A stretch of 64,000 nucleotides of DNA from Eledone cirrhosa (GCA_964016885.1 CAXHJY010000898.1:434001-498000), one strand, 5' to 3'. Numbered from the stretch's first letter, positions 46,101 to 60,250 are shown. The notes: a model not told the origin generated them from the sequence alone. Numbers and translations are program-made.

Positions 46101-49100
46101 TTAGCTTAGCTTAGCTTAGGATAGCTTAGCTTAGCTTAGCTTAGGATAGCTTAGCTTAGCTTAGCTTAGGATAGCTTAGCTTAGCTTAGCTTAGGATAGC
46201 TTAGCTTAGCTTAGCTTAGGATAGCTTAGCTTAGCTTAGCTTAGGATAGCTTAGCTTAGCTTAGCTTAGGATAGCTTAGCTTAGCTTTGCTTAGGATAGA
46301 TTAGCTTAGCTTAGGATAGCTTAGCTTAGCTTAGCTTAGGAAAGCTTAGCTTAGCTTAGGATAGCTTAGCTTAGCTTAGCTTAGGAGAGCTTAGCTTAGC
46401 TTAGCTTAGGATAGCTTAGCTTAGCTTAGCTTAGGATAGCTTAGGATAGCTTAGCTTAGGATAGCTTAGGATAGCTTAGCTTAGGATAGCTTAGCTTAGG
46501 ATAGCTTAGCTTAGGATAGCTTAGGATAGCTTAGCTTAGCTTAGCTTAGGATAGCTTAGGATAGCTTAGCTTAGGATAGCTTAGGATAGCTTAGCTTAGG
46601 ATAGATTAGGATAGCTTAGCTTAGGATAGCTTAGGATAGCTTAGCTTAGGATAGGTTAGCTTAGGATAGCTTAGCTTAGCTTAGGATAGCTTAGCTTGGG
46701 ATAGCTTAGGATAGCTTAGGATAGCTTAGCTTAGGATAGCTTAGCTTAGGATAGCTTAGGATAGCTTAGCTTAGCTTAGCTTAGGATAGCTTAGCTTAGC
46801 TTAGCTTAGGATAGCTTAGCTTAGCTTAGGATAGCTTAGCTTAGCTTAGCTTAGGATAGCTTAGCTTAGCTTAGCTTAGGATAGCTTAGCTTAGCTTAGC
46901 TTAGGATAGCTTAGCTTAGCTTAGCTTAGGATAGCTTAGCTTAGCTTAGCTTAGGATAGCTTAGCTTAGCTTAGCTTAGAATAGCTTAGCTTAGGATAGC
47001 TTAGCTTAGGATAGCTTAGCTTAGGATAGCTTAGGATAGCTTAGCTTAGGATAGCTTAGGATAGCTTAGCTTAGGATAGCTTAGCTTAGCTTAGGATAGC
47101 TTAGCTTAGCTTAGAATAGCTTAGCTTAGCTTAGCTTAGGATAGCTTAGCTTAGGATAGCTTAGGAAAGCTTAGCTTAGCTTAGCTTAGGATAGCTTAGC
47201 TTAGCTTAGCTTAGGATAGCTTAGCTTAGCTTAGGATAGTTTAGCTTAGCTTAGCTTAGGATAGCTTAGCTTAGCTTAGCTTAGGATAGCTTAGCTTAGC
47301 TTAGCTTAGGATAGCTTAGCTTAGCTTAGCTTAGGATAGCTTAGCTTAGCTTAGCTTAGGATAGCTTAGCTTAGCTTAGGATAGCTTAGCTTAGCTTAGC
47401 TTAGGATAGCTTAGCTTAGCTTAGCTTAGGATAGCTTAGCTTAGGATAGCTTAGCTTAGCTTAGCTTAGGATAGCTTAGCTTAGCTTAGCTTAGGATAGC
47501 TTAGCTTAGCTTAGCTTAGGATAGCTTAGCTTAGCTTAGCTTAGGATAGCTTAGCTTAGCTTAGCTTAGGATAGCTTAGCTTAGCTTAGCTTAGGATAGC
47601 TTAGCTTAGCTTAGCTTAGGATAGCTTAGCTTAGCTTAGCTTAGGATAGCTTAGCTTAGCTTAGCTTAGGATAGCTTAGCTTAGCTTGGCTTAGGATAGC
47701 TTAGCTTAGCTTGGCTTAGGATAGCTTAGCTTAGCTTAGCTTAGGATAGCTTAGCTTAGCTTAGCTTAGGATAGCTTAGCTTAGCTTAGCTTAGGATAGC
47801 TTAGCTTAGCTTAGGATAGCTTAGCTTAGTTTAGGATAGCTTAGCTTAGCTTAGCTTAGGATAGCTTAGGATAGCTTAGCTTAGGATAGCTTAGGATAGC
47901 TTAGCTTAGGATAGCTTAGGATAGCTTAGGTTAGGATAGCTTAGCTTAGGATAGCTTAGGATAGCTTAGCTTAGGATAGCTTAGGATAGCTTAGCTTAGG
48001 ATAGCTTAGGATAGCTTAGCTTAGGATAGCTTAGCTTAGGATAGCTTAGGAAAGCTTAGCTTAGCTTAGCTTAGGATAGCTTAGCTTAGCTTAGCTTAGG
48101 ATAGCTTAGCTTAGCTTAGCTTAGGATAGCTTAGGATAGCTTAGCTTAGGATAGCTTAGGATAGCTTAGCTTAGGATAGCTTAGCTTAGGATAGCTTAGC
48201 TTAGGATAGCTTAGCTTAGGATAGCTTAGGATAGCTTAGCTTAGGATAGCTTAGGATAGCTTAGCTTAGGATAGCTTAGCTTAGGATAGCTTAGGATAGC
48301 TTAGCTTAGCTTAGCTTAGGATAGCTTAGCTTAGCTTAGCTTAGTATAGCTTAGCTTAGCTTAGCTTAGCTTAGGATAGCTTAGCTTAGCTTAGCTTAGG
48401 ATAGCTTAGGATAGCTTAGCTTAGGATAGCTTAGGATAGCTTAGCTTAGGATAGCTTAGGATAGCTTAGCTTAGGATAGCTTAGGATAGCTTAGCTTAGG
48501 ATAGCTTAGCTTAGGATAGCTTAGCTTAGCTTAGCTTAGGATAGCTTAGCTTAGGATAGCTTAGGATAGCTTAGCTTAGGATAGCTTAGCTTAGGATAGC
48601 TTAGGATAGCTTAGCTTAGCTTAGCTTAGGATAGCTTAGCTTAGCTTAGCTTAGGATAGCTTAGCTTAGCTTAGGATAGCTTAGCTTAGCTTAGCTTAGG
48701 ATAGCTTAGCTTAGCTTAGTTTAGGATAGCTTAGCTTAGCTTAGCTTAGGATAGCTTAGCTTAGCTTAGCTTAGGATAGCTTAGCTTAGCTTAGGATAGC
48801 TTAGCTTAGGATAGCTTAGGATAGCTTAGCTTAGGATAGCTTAGCTTAGGATAGCTTAGCTTAGGTTAGCTTAGCTTAGCTTAGCTTAGGATAGCTTAGG
48901 ATAGCTTAGCTTAGGATAGCTTAGCTTAGCTTAGCTTAGGATAGCTTAGCTTAGCTTAGCTTAGGATAGCTTAGCTTAGCTTAGGATAGCTTAGCTTAGG
49001 ATAGCTTAGGATAGCTTAGCTTAGCTTAGCTTAGGATAGCTTAGCTTAGCTTAGGATAGCTTAGCTTAGCTTAGGATAGCTTAGCTTAGCTTAGCTTAGG

Positions 49101-49199
49101 ATAGCTTAGCTTAGCTTAGGATAGCTTAGCTTAGGTTAGCTTAGGATAGCTTAGGATAGCTTAGCTTAGCTTAGCTTAGCTTAGGATAGCTTAGCTTAG

Positions 49200-51980
49200 C
49201 TTAGCTTAGGATAGCTTAGCTTAGCTTAGCTTAGGATAGCTTAGCTTAGCTTAGGATAGCTTAGCTTAGCTTAGCTTAGGATAGCTTAGCTTAGCTTAGG
49301 ATAGCTTAGCTTAGCTTAGCTTAGGATAGCTTAGCTTAGCTTAGCTTAGGATAGCTTAGCTTAGCTTAGCTTAGGATAGCTTAGCTTAGCTTAGCTTAGG
49401 ATAGCTTAGCTTAGCTTAGCTTAGGATAGATTAGCTTAGCTTAGGATAGCTTAGCTTAGCTTAGCTTAGGAAAGCTTAGCTTAGCTTAGGATAGCTTAGC
49501 TTAGCTTAGCTTAGGAGAGCTTAGCTTAGCTTAGCTTAGGAAAACTTAGCTTAGCTTAGCTTAGCTTAGGATAGCTTAGCTTAGCTTAGCTTAGGTAGCT
49601 TAGCTTAGCTTAGCTTAGGATAGCTTAGCTTAGCTTAGCTTAGCTTAGCTTAGGATAGCTTAGCTTAGCTTAGCTTAGGATAGCTTAGCTTAGCTTAGGA
49701 TAGCTTAGGATAGCTTAGCTTAGGATAGCTTAGGATAGCTTACCTTAGGAGAGCTTAGCTTAGGATAGCTTAGCTTAGGATAGCTTAGGATAGCTTAGCT
49801 TAGGATAGCTTAGCTTAGGATAGCTTAGCTTAGGATAGCTTAGGATAGCTTAGCTTAGCTTAGCTTAGGATAGCTTAGCTTAGCTTAGCTTAGGATAGCT
49901 TAGCTTAGGTTAGCTTAGCTTAGGATAGCTTAGGATAGCTTAGCTTAGGATAGCTTAGGATAGCTTAGCTTAGGATAGCTTAGGATAGCTTAGCTTAGGA
50001 TAGCTTAGCTTAGGATAGCTTAGGATAGCTTAGCTTAGGATAGCTTAGGATAGCTTAGCTTAGGATAGCTTAGGATAGCTTAGCTTAGGATAGCTTAGCT
50101 TAGGATAGCTTAGGATAGCTTAGCTTAGCTTAGCTTAGGATAGCTTAGCTTAGCTTAGCTTAGGATAGCTTAGCTTAGCTTAGCTTAGGATAGCTTAGCT
50201 TAGCTTAGCTTAGGATAGCTTAGGATAGCTTAGCTTAGGATAGCTTAGGATAGCTTAGCTTAGGATAGCTTAGGATAGCTTAGGATAGCTTAGCTTAGCT
50301 TAGCTTAGGATAGCTTAGCTTAGCTTAGCTTAGGATAGCTTAGCTTAGCTTAGCTTAGGATAGCTTAGCTTAGCTTAGGATAGCTTAGCTTAGCTTAGCT
50401 TAGGATAGCTTAGCTTAGCTTAGGATAGCTTAACTTAGCTTAGCTTAGGATAGCTTAGCTTAGCTTAGCTTAGGATAGCTTAGCTTAGGATAGCTTAGCT
50501 TAGGATAGCTTAGCTTAGGTTAGCTTAGCTTAGCTTAGCTTAGGATAGCTTAGGATAGCTTAGCTTAGGATAGCTTAGCTTAGCTTAGGATAGCTTAGCT
50601 TAGCTTAGCTTAGGATAGCTTAGCTTAGCTTAGGATAGCTTAGCTTAGCTTAGCTTAGGATAGCTTAGCTTAGCTTAGGATAGCTTAGCTTAGCTTAGCT
50701 TAGGATAGCTTAGCTTAGCTTAGCTTAGGATAGCTTAGCTTAGCTTAGCTTAGGATAGCTTAGCTTAGCTTAGCTTAGGATAGCTTAGCTTAGCTTAGCT
50801 TAGGATAGATTAGCTTAGCTTAGGATAGCTTAGCTTAGCTTAGCTTAGGAAAGCTTAGCTTAGCTTAGGATAGCTTAGCTTAGCTTAGCTTAGGAGAGCT
50901 TAGCTTAGCTTAGCTTAGGAAAACTTAGCTTAGCTTAGCTTAGCTTAGGATAGCTTAGCTTAGCTTAGCTTAGGTAGCTTAGCTTAGCTTAGCTTAGGAT
51001 AGCTTAGCTTAGCTTAGCTTAGCTTAGCTTAGGATAGCTTAGCTTAGCTTAGCTTAGGAGAGCTTAGCTTAGCTTAGGATAGCTTAGGATAGCTTAGCTT
51101 AGGATAGCTTAGGATAGCTTACCTTAGGAGAGCTTAGCTTAGGATAGCTTAGCTTAGGATAGCTTAGGATAGCTTAGCTTAGGATAGCTTAGCTTAGGAT
51201 AGCTTAGCTTAGGATAGCTTAGGATAGCTTAGCTTAGCTTAGCTTAGGATAGCTTAGCTTAGCTTAGCTTAGGATAGCTTAGCTTAGGTTAGCTTAGCTT
51301 AGGATAGCTTAGGATAGCTTAGCTTAGGATAGCTTAGGATAGCTTAGCTTAGGATAGCTTAGGATAGCTTAGCTTAGGATAGCTTAGCTTAGGATAGCTT
51401 AGGATAGCTTAGCTTAGGATAGCTTAGGATAGCTTAGCTTAGGATAGCTTAGGATAGCTTAGCTTAGGATAGCTTAGCTTAGGATAGCTTAGGATAGCTT
51501 AGCTTAGCTTAGCTTAGGATAGCTTAGCTTAGCTTAGCTTAGGATAGCTTAGCTTAGCTTAGCTTAGGATAGCTTAGCTTAGCTTAGCTTAGGATAGCTT
51601 AGGATAGCTTAGCTTAGGATAGCTTAGGATAGCTTAGCTTAGGATAGCTTAGGATAGCTTAGGATAGCTTAGCTTAGCTTAGCTTAGGATAGCTTAGCTT
51701 AGCTTAGCTTAGGATAGCTTAGCTTAGCTTAGCTTAGGATAGCTTAGCTTAGCTTAGGATAGCTTAGCTTAGCTTAGCTTAGGATAGCTTAGCTTAGCTT
51801 AGGATAGCTTAGCTTAGCTTAGCTTAGGATAGCTTAGCTTAGCTTAGCTTAGGATAGCTTAGCTTAGGATAGCTTAGCTTAGGATAGCTTAGCTTAGGTT
51901 AGCTTAGCTTAGCTTAGCTTAGGATAGCTTAGGATAGCTTAGCTTAGGATAGCTTAGCTTAGCTTAGCTTAGGATAGCTT
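49200..51980 (+). repeat. 1,379-bp tandem duplication
   Basis: ATTAG 49430/50809, double variant GAAAA 49540/50919 (seen only here), GTAG 49595/50974, CTTAC 49739/51118 and GTTAG 50519/51898 are all +1,379. Confidence 0.9.
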
Positions 51981-52099
51981 AGCTTAGCTTAGCTTAGGAT
52001 AGCTTAGCTTAGCTTAGGATAGCTTAGCTTAGCTTAGCTTAGGATAGCTTAGCTTAGCTTAGCTTAGGATAGCTTAGCTTAGCTTAGCTTAGGATAGCT

Positions 52100-55000
52100 T
52101 AGCTTAGCTTAGGATAGCTTAGCTTAGCTTAGCTTAGGATAGCTTAGCTTAGCTTAGCTTAGGATAGCTTAGCTTAGCTTAGCTTAGGATAGCTTAGCAT
52201 AGCTTAGCTTAGGATAGCTTAGCTTAGCTTAGCTTAGGATAGCTTAGCTTAGCTTAGGATAGCTTAGCTTAGCTTGGCTTAGGATAGCTTAGCTTAGCTT
52301 GGCTTAGGATAGCTTAGCTTAGCTTAGCTTAGGATAGCTTAGCTTAGGATAGCTTAGGATAGCTTAGCTTAGCTTAGCTTAGGATAGCTTAGCTTAGTTT
52401 AGGATAGCTTAGCTTAGCTTAGCTTAGGATAGCTTAGGATAGCTTAGCTTAGGATAGCTTAGGATAGCTTAGCTTAGGATAGCTTAGGATAGCTTAGCTT
52501 AGGATAGCTTAGGATAGCTTAGGTTAGGATAGCTTAGCTTAGGATAGCTTAGGATAGCTTAGCTTAGGATAGCTTAGGATAGCTTAGCTTAGGATAGCTT
52601 AGGATAGCTTAGCTTAGGATAGCTTAGCTTAGGATAGCTTAGGAAAGCTTAGCTTAGCTTAGCTTAGGATAGCTTAGCTTAGCTTAGCTTAGGATAGCTT
52701 AGGATAGCTTAGCTTAGGATAGCTTAGGATAGCTTAGCTTAGGATAGCTTAGCTTAGGATAGCTTAGCTTAGGATAGCTTAGGATAGCTTAGCTTAGGAT
52801 AGCTTAGGATAGCTTAGCTTAGGTAGCTTAGCTTAGGATAGCTTAGGATAGCTTAGCTTAGCTTAGCTTAGGATAGCTTAGCTTAGCTTAGGATAGCTTA
52901 GCTTAGCTTAGCTTAGCTTAGGATAGCTTAGCTTAGCTTAGGATAGCTTAGGATAGCTTAGCTTAGGATAGCTTAGGATAGCTTAGCTTAGGATAGCTTA
53001 GGATAGCTTAGCTTAGGATAGCTTAGGATAGCTTAGCTTAGGATAGCTTAGCTTAGGATAGCTTAGCTTAGCTTAGCTTAGGATAGCTTAGCTTAGGATA
53101 GCTTAGGATATCTTAGGTTAGGATAGCTTAGCTTAGGATAGCTTAGGATAGATTAGCTTAGCTTAGCTTAGGATAGCTTAGCTTAGCTTAGCTTAGGATA
53201 GCTTAGCTTAGCTTAGGATAGCTTAGCTTAGCTTAGCTTAGGATAGCTTAGCTTAGCTTAGCTTAGGATAGCTTAGCTTAGCTTAGGATAGCTTAGCTTA
53301 GCTTAGCTTAGGATAGCTTAGCTTAGCTTAGCTTAGGATAGCTTAGCTTAGGATAGCTTAGCTTAGGATAGCTTAGCTTAGGTTAGCTTAGCTTAGCTTA
53401 GCTTAGGATAGCTTAGGATAGCTTAGCTTAGGATAACTTAGCTTAGCTTAGCTTAGGATAGCTTAGCTTAGCTTAGCTTAGGATAGCTTAGCTTAGCTTA
53501 GCTTAGGATAGCTTAGCTTAGGATAGCTTAGGATTGCTTAGCTTAGCTTAGCTTAGGATAGCTTAGCTTAGCTTAGCTTAGGATAGCTTAGCTTAGCTTA
53601 GGATAGCTTAGCTTAGCTTAGCTTAGGATAGCTTAGCTTAGCTTAGCTTAGGATAGCTTAGCTTAGCTTAGCTTAGGATAGCTTAGGATAGCTTAGGATA
53701 GCTTAGCTTAGCTTAGCTTAGGATAGCTTAGCTTAGCTTAGGATAGCTTAGCTTAGCTTAGCTTAGGATAGCTTAGCTTAGCTTAGGATAGCTTAGCTTA
53801 GCTTAGCTTAGGATAGCTTAGCTTAGCTTAGCTTAGGATAGCTTAGCTTAGCTTAGCTTAGGATAGCTTAGCTTAGCTTAGCTTAGGATAGCTTAGCTTA
53901 GCTTAGCTTAGGATAGATTAGCTTAGCTTAGGATAGCTTAGCTTAGCTTAGCTTAGGAAAGCTTAGCTTAGCTTAGGATAGCTTAGCTTAGCTTAGCTTA
54001 GGAGAGCTTAGCTTAGCTTAGCTTAGGATAGCTTAGCTTAGCTTAGGATAGCTTAGCTTAGCTTAGGTAGCTTAGCTTAGCTTAGCTTAGGATAGCTTAG
54101 CTTAGCTTAGCTTAGCTTAGGATAGCTTAGCTTAGCTTAGCTTAGGAGAGCTTAGCTTAGCTTAGCTTAGGATAGCTTAGGATAGCTTAGCTTAGGATAG
54201 CTTAGGATAGCTTACCTTAGGAGAGCTTAGCTTAGGATAGCTTAGCTTAGGATAGCTTAGGATAGCTTAGCTTAGGATAGCTTAGCTTAGGATAGCTTAG
54301 CTTAGGATAGCTTAGGATAGCTTAGCTTAGCTTAGCTTAGGATAGCTTAGCTTAGCTTAGCTTAGGATAGCTTAGCTTAGGTTAGCTTAGCTTAGCTTAG
54401 CTTAGCTTAGGATAGCTTAGCTTAGGATAGCTTAGGATAGCTTAGGATAGCTTAGCTTAGGATAGCTTAGCTTAGGATAGCTTAGGATAGCTTAGCTTAG
54501 GATAGCTTAGGATAGCTTAGCTTAGGATAGCTTAGCTTAGGATAGCTTAGGATAGCTTAGCTTAGCTTAGCTTAGGATAGCTTAGCTTAGCTTAGCTTAG
54601 GATAGCTTAGCTTAGCTTAGGATTGCTTAGCTTAGCTTAGCTTAGCTTAGCTTAGGATAGCTTAGGATAGCTTAGCTTAGGATAGCTTAGCTTAGGATAG
54701 CTTAGGATAGCTTAGGATAGCTTAGCTTAGCTTAGCTTAGGATAGCTTAGCTTAGCTTAGCTTAGGATAGCTTAGCTTAGCTTAGCTTAGGATAGCTTAG
54801 CTTAGCTTAGGATAGCTTAGCTTAGCTTAGCTTAGGATAGCTTAGCTTAGCTTAGCTTAGGACAGCTTAGCTTAGCTTAGCTTAGGATAGCTTAGCTTAG
54901 CTTAGGATAGCTTAGCTTAGCTTAGCTTAGGATAGCTTAGCTTAGGATAGCTTAGCTTAGGATAGCTTAGCTTGGGTTAGCTTAGCTTAGCTTAGCTTAG

Positions 55001-58000
55001 GATAGCTTAGGATAGCTTAGCTTAGGATAGCTTAGCTTAGCTTAGCTTAGGATAGCTTAGCTTAGCTTAGCTTAGGATAGCTTAGCTTAGCTTAGCTTAG
55101 GATAGCTTAGCTTAGCTTAGCTTAGGATAGCTTAGCTTAGGATAGCTTAGGATAGCTTAGCTTAGCTTAGCTTAGGATAGCTTAGCTTAGCTTAGCTTAG
55201 GATAGCTTAGCTTAGCTTAGGATAGCTTAGCTTAGCTTAGCTTAGGATAGCTTAGCTTAGCTTAGCTTAGGATAGCTTAGCTTAGCTTAGCTTAGGATAG
55301 CTTAGGATAGCTTAGGATAGCTTAGCTTAGCTTAGCTTAGGATAGCTTAGCTTAGCTTAGCTTAGGATAGCTTAGCTTAGCTTAGCTTAGGATAGCTTAG
55401 CTTAGCTTAGGATAGCTTAGCTTAGCTTAGGATAGCTTAGCTTAGCTTAGCTTAGGATAGCTTAGCTTAGCTTAGCTTAGGATAGCTTAGCTTAGCTTAG
55501 CTTAGGATAGCTTAGCTTAGCTTAGGATAGCTTAGCTTAGCTTAGCTTAGGATAGCTTAGCTTAGCTTAGCTTAGGATAGCTTAGCTTAGCTTAGCTTAG
55601 GATAGATTAGCTTAGCTTAGGATAGCTTAGCTTAGCTTAGCTTAGGAAAGCTTAGCTTAGCTTAGGATAGCTTAGCTTAGCTTAGCTTAGGATAGCTTAG
55701 GATAGCTTAGCTTAGGATAGCTTAGGATAGCTTAGCTTAGGATAGCTTAGGATAGCTTAGGTTAGGGTAGCTTAGCTTAGGATAGCTTAGGATAGCTTAG
55801 CTTAGGATAGCTTAGGATAGCTTAGCTTAGGATAGCTTAGCTTAGGATAGCTTAGCTTAGGATAGCTTAGGAAAGCTTAGCTTAGCTTAGCTTAGGATAG
55901 CTTAGCTTAGCTTAGCTTAGGATAGCTTAGCTTAGCTTAGCTTAGGATAGCTTAGGATAGCTTAGCTTAGGATAGCTTAGGATAGCTTAGCTTAGGATAG
56001 CTTAGCTTAGGATAGCTTAGCTTAGGATAGCTTAGGATAGCTTAGCTTAGGATAGCTTAGGATAGCTTAGCTTAGGATAGCTTAGCTTAGGATAGCTTAG
56101 GATAGCTTAGCTTAGCTTAGCTTAGGATAGCTTAGCTTAGCTTAGCTTAGGATAGCTTAGCTTAGCTTAGCTTAGCTTAGCTTAGCTTAGCTTAGGATAG
56201 CTTAGGATAGCTTAGCTTAGGATAGCTTAGGATAGCTTAGCTTAGGATAGCTTAGCTTAGGATAGCTTAGCTTAGCTTAGCTTAGGATAGCTTAGCTTAG
56301 GATAGCTTAGGATAGCTTAGCTTAGGATAGCTTAGCTTAGGATAGCTTAGGATAGCTTAGCTTAGCTTAGCTTAGGATAGCTTAGCTTAGCTTAGCTTAG
56401 GATAGCTTAGCTTAGCTTAGGATAGCTTAGCTTAGCTTAGCTTAGGATAGCTTAGCTTAGCTTAGCTTAGGATAGCTTAGCTTAGGATAGCTTAGGATAG
56501 CTTAGCTTAGCTTAGCTTAGGATAGCTTAGCTTAGCTTAGCTTAGGATAGCTTAGCTTAGCTTAGGATAGCTTAGCTTAGCTTAGCTTAGGATAGCTTAG
56601 CCTAGCTTAGCTTAGGATAGCTTAGCTTAGCTTAGCTTAGGATAGCTTAGCTTAGGATAGCTTAGGATAGCTTAGCTTAGCTTAGCTTAGGATAGCTTAG
56701 CTTAGCTTAGGATAGCTTAGCTTAGCTTAGGATAGCTTAGCTTAGCTTAGCTTAGGATAGCTTAGCTTAGCTTAGCTTAGGATAGCTTAGCTTAGGTTAG
56801 CTTAGGATAGCTTAGGATAGCTTAGGATAGCTTAGCTTAGCTTAGCTTAGCTTAGGATAGCTTAACTTAGCTTAGGATAGCTTAGCTTAGCTTAGCTTAG
56901 GATAGCTTAGCTTAGCTTAGCTTAGGATAGCTTAGCTTAGCTTAGCTTAGGATAGCTTAGCTTAGCTTAGCTTAGGATAGCTTAGCTTAGCTTAGGATAG
57001 CTTAGCTTAGCTTAGCTTAGAATAGCTTAGCTTAGGATAGCTTAGCTTAGGATAGCTTAGGATAGCTTAGCTTAGGATAGCTTAGGATAGCTTAGCTTAG
57101 GATAGCTTAGCTTAGCTTAGCTTAGGATAGCTTAGCTTAGCTTAGGATAGCTTAGCTTAGCTTAGCTTAGGATAGCTTAGCTTAGGATAGCTTAGGAAAG
57201 CTTAGCTTAGCTTAGCTTAGCTTAGCTTAGCTTAGCTTAGCTTAGGATAGCTTAGCTTAGCTTAGGATAGTTTAGCTTAGCTTAGCTTAGGATAGCTTAG
57301 CTTAGCTTAGCTTAGGATAGCTTAGCTTAGCTTAGCTTAGGATAGCTTAGCTTAGCTTAGGATAGCTTAGCTTAGCTTAGCTTAGGATAGCTTAGCTTAG
57401 CTTAGGATAGCTTAGCTTAGCGTAGCTTAGGATAGCTTAGCTTAGCTTAGCTTAGGATAGCTTAGCTTAGGATAGCTTAGCTTAGCTTAGGATAGCTTAG
57501 CTTAGCTTAGCTTAGGATAGCTTAGCTTAGCTTAGCTTAGGATAGCTTAGCTTAGCTTAGCTTAGTATAGCTTAGCTTAGCTTAGCTTAGGATAGCTTAG
57601 CTTAGCTTAGCTTAGGATAGCTTAGCTTAGCTTAGCTTAGGATAGCTTAGCTTAGCTTAGCTTAGGATAGCTTAGCTTAGCTTAGCTTAGGATAGCTTAG
57701 CTTAGCTTGGCTTAGGATAGCTTAGCTTAGCTTGGCTTAGGATAGCTTAGCTTAGCTTAGCTTAGGATAGCTTAGCTTAGCTTAGCTTAGCTTAGCTTAG
57801 CTTAGGATAGCTTAGCTTAGCTTAGCTTAGCTTAGGATAGCTTAGCTTAGCTTAGCTTAGGATAGCTTAGCTTAGCTTAGCTTAGCTTAGCTTAGGATAG
57901 CTTAGCTTAGCTTAGCTTAGGATAGCTTAGCTTAGTTTAGGATAGCTTAGCTTAGCTTAGCTTAGGATAGCTTAGGATAGCTTAGCTTAGGATAGCTTAG

Positions 58001-60250
58001 GATAGCTTAGCTTAGGATAGCTTAGGATAGCTTAGGTTAGGATAGCTTAGCTTAGGATAGCTTAGGATAGCTTAGCTTAGGATAGCTTAGGATAGCTTAG
58101 CTTAGGATAGCTTAGGATAGCTTAGCTTAGAATAGCTTAGCTTAGGATAGCTTAGGAAAGCTTAGCTTAGCTTAGCTTAGGATAGCTTAGCTTAGCTTAG
58201 CTTAGGATAGCTTAGCTTAGCTTAGCTTAGGATAGCTTAGGATAGCTTAGCTTAGGATAGCTTAGGATAGCTTAGCTTTGGATAGCTTAGCTTAGGAGAG
58301 CTTAGCTTAGGATAGCTTAGGATAGCTTAGCTTAGGATAGCTTAGGATAGCTTAGCTTAGGATAGCTTAGCTTAGGATAGCTTAGGATAGCTTAGCTTAG
58401 CTTAGCTTAGGATAGCTTAGCTTAGCTTAGCTTAGCTTAGGATAGCTTAGCTTAGCTTAGCTTAGCTTAGGATAGCTTAGCTTAGCTTAGGATAGCTTAG
58501 GATAGCTTAGCTTAGGATAGCTTAGGATAGCTTAGCTTAGGATAGCTTAGGATAGCTTAGCTTAGGATAGCTTAGGATAGCTTAGCTTAGGATAGCTTAG
58601 CTTAGGATAGCTTAGCTTAGCTTAGCTTAGGATAGCTTAGCTTAGGATAGCTTAGGATAGCTTAGCTTAGGATAGCTTAGCTTAGGATAGCTTAGGATAG
58701 CTTAGCTTAGCTTAGCTTAGGATAGCTTAGCTTAGCTTAGCTTAGGATAGCTTAGCTTAGCTTAGGATAGCTTAGCTTAGCTTAGCTTAGGATAGCTTAG
58801 CTTAGCTTAGCTTAGGATAGCTTAGCTTAGCTTAGGATAGCTCAGCTTAGCTTAGCTTAGGAAAGCTTAGCTTAGCTTAGCTTAGGATAGCTTAGCTTAG
58901 GATAGCTTAGCTTAGGATAGCTTAGCTTAGGTTAGCTTAGCTTAGCTTAGCTTAGGATAGCTTAGGATAGCTTAGCTTAGGATAGCTTAGCTTAGCTTAG
59001 CTTAGGATAGCTTAGCTTAGCTTAGCTTAGGATAGCTTAGCTTAGCTTAGCTTAGGATAGCTTAGCTTAGGATAGCTTAGGATAGCTTAGCTTAGCTTAG
59101 CTTAGGATAGTTTAGCTTAGCTTAGCTTAGGATAGCTTAGCTTAGCTTAGCTTAGGATAGCTTAGCTTAGCTTAGCTTAGGATAGCTTAGCTTAGGTTAG
59201 CTTAGGATAGCTTAGGATAGCTTAGCTTAGGATAGCTTAGGATAGCTTAGCTTAGGATAGCTTAGCTTAGGATAGCTTAGCTTAGGATAGCTTAGGATAG
59301 CTTAGGATAGCTTAGCTTAGCTTAGCTTAGCTTAGGATAGCTTAACTTAGCTTAGGATAGCTTAGCTTAGCTTAGCTTAGGATAGCTTAGCTTAGCTTAG
59401 CTTAGGATAGCTTAGCTTAGCTTAGCTTAGGATAGCTTAGCTTAGCTTAGCTTAGGATAGCTTAGCTTAGCTTAGCTTAGGATAGCTTAGCTTAGCTTAG
59501 CTTAGAATAGCTTAGCTTAGGATAGCTTAGCTTAGGATAGCTTAGGATAGCTTAGCTTAGGATAGCTTAGGATAGCTTAGCTTAGGATAGCTTAGCTTAG
59601 ATTAGCTTAGGATAGCTTAGCTTAGCTTAGGATAGCTTAGCTTAGCTTAGCTTAGGATAGCTTAGCTTAGGATAGCTTAGGAAAGCTTAGCTTAGCTTAG
59701 CTTAGCTTAGCTTAGCTTAGCTTAGCTTAGGATAGCTTAGCTTAGCTTAGGATAGTTTAGCTTAGCTTAGCTTAGGATAGCTTAGCTTAGCTTAGCTTAG
59801 GATAGCTTAGCTTAGCTTAGCTTAGGATAGCTTAGCTTAGCTTAGGATAGCTTAGCTTAGCTTAGCTTAGGATAGCTTAGCTTAGCTTAGGATAGCTTAG
59901 CTTAGCTTAGCTTAGGATAGCTTAGCTTAGCTTAGCTTAGGATAGCTTAGCTTAGGATAGCTTAGCTTAGCTTAGGATAGCTTAGCTTAGCTTAGCTTAG
60001 GATAGCTTAGCTTAGCTTAGCTTAGGATAGCTTAGCTTAGCTTAGCTTAGTATAGCTTAGCTTAGCTTAGCTTAGGATAGCTTAGCTTAGCTTAGCTTAG
60101 GATAGCTTAGCTTAGCTTAGCTTAGGATAGCTTAGCTTAGCTTAGCTTAGGATAGCTTAGCTTAGCTTAGCTTAGGATAGCTTAGCTTAGCTTGGCTTAG
60201 GATAGCTTAGCTTAGCTTGGCTTAGGATAGCTTAGCTTAGCTTAGCTTAG
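52100..60250 (+). repeat. ~8.2-kb dispersed copy of ~9,000-17,180 (offset ~43.1 kb)
   Basis: CATAG 9108/52198, GTAG 9733/52823, GATAT 10017/53107, GTAG 10977/54067 and CTTAC 11121/54211 (all +43,090); GGTAG 12666/55766, CCTAG 13501/56601 and TATAG 14466/57566 (+43,100); CTTAA 16271/59341 and TATAG 16981/60051 (+43,070). Confidence 0.9.
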
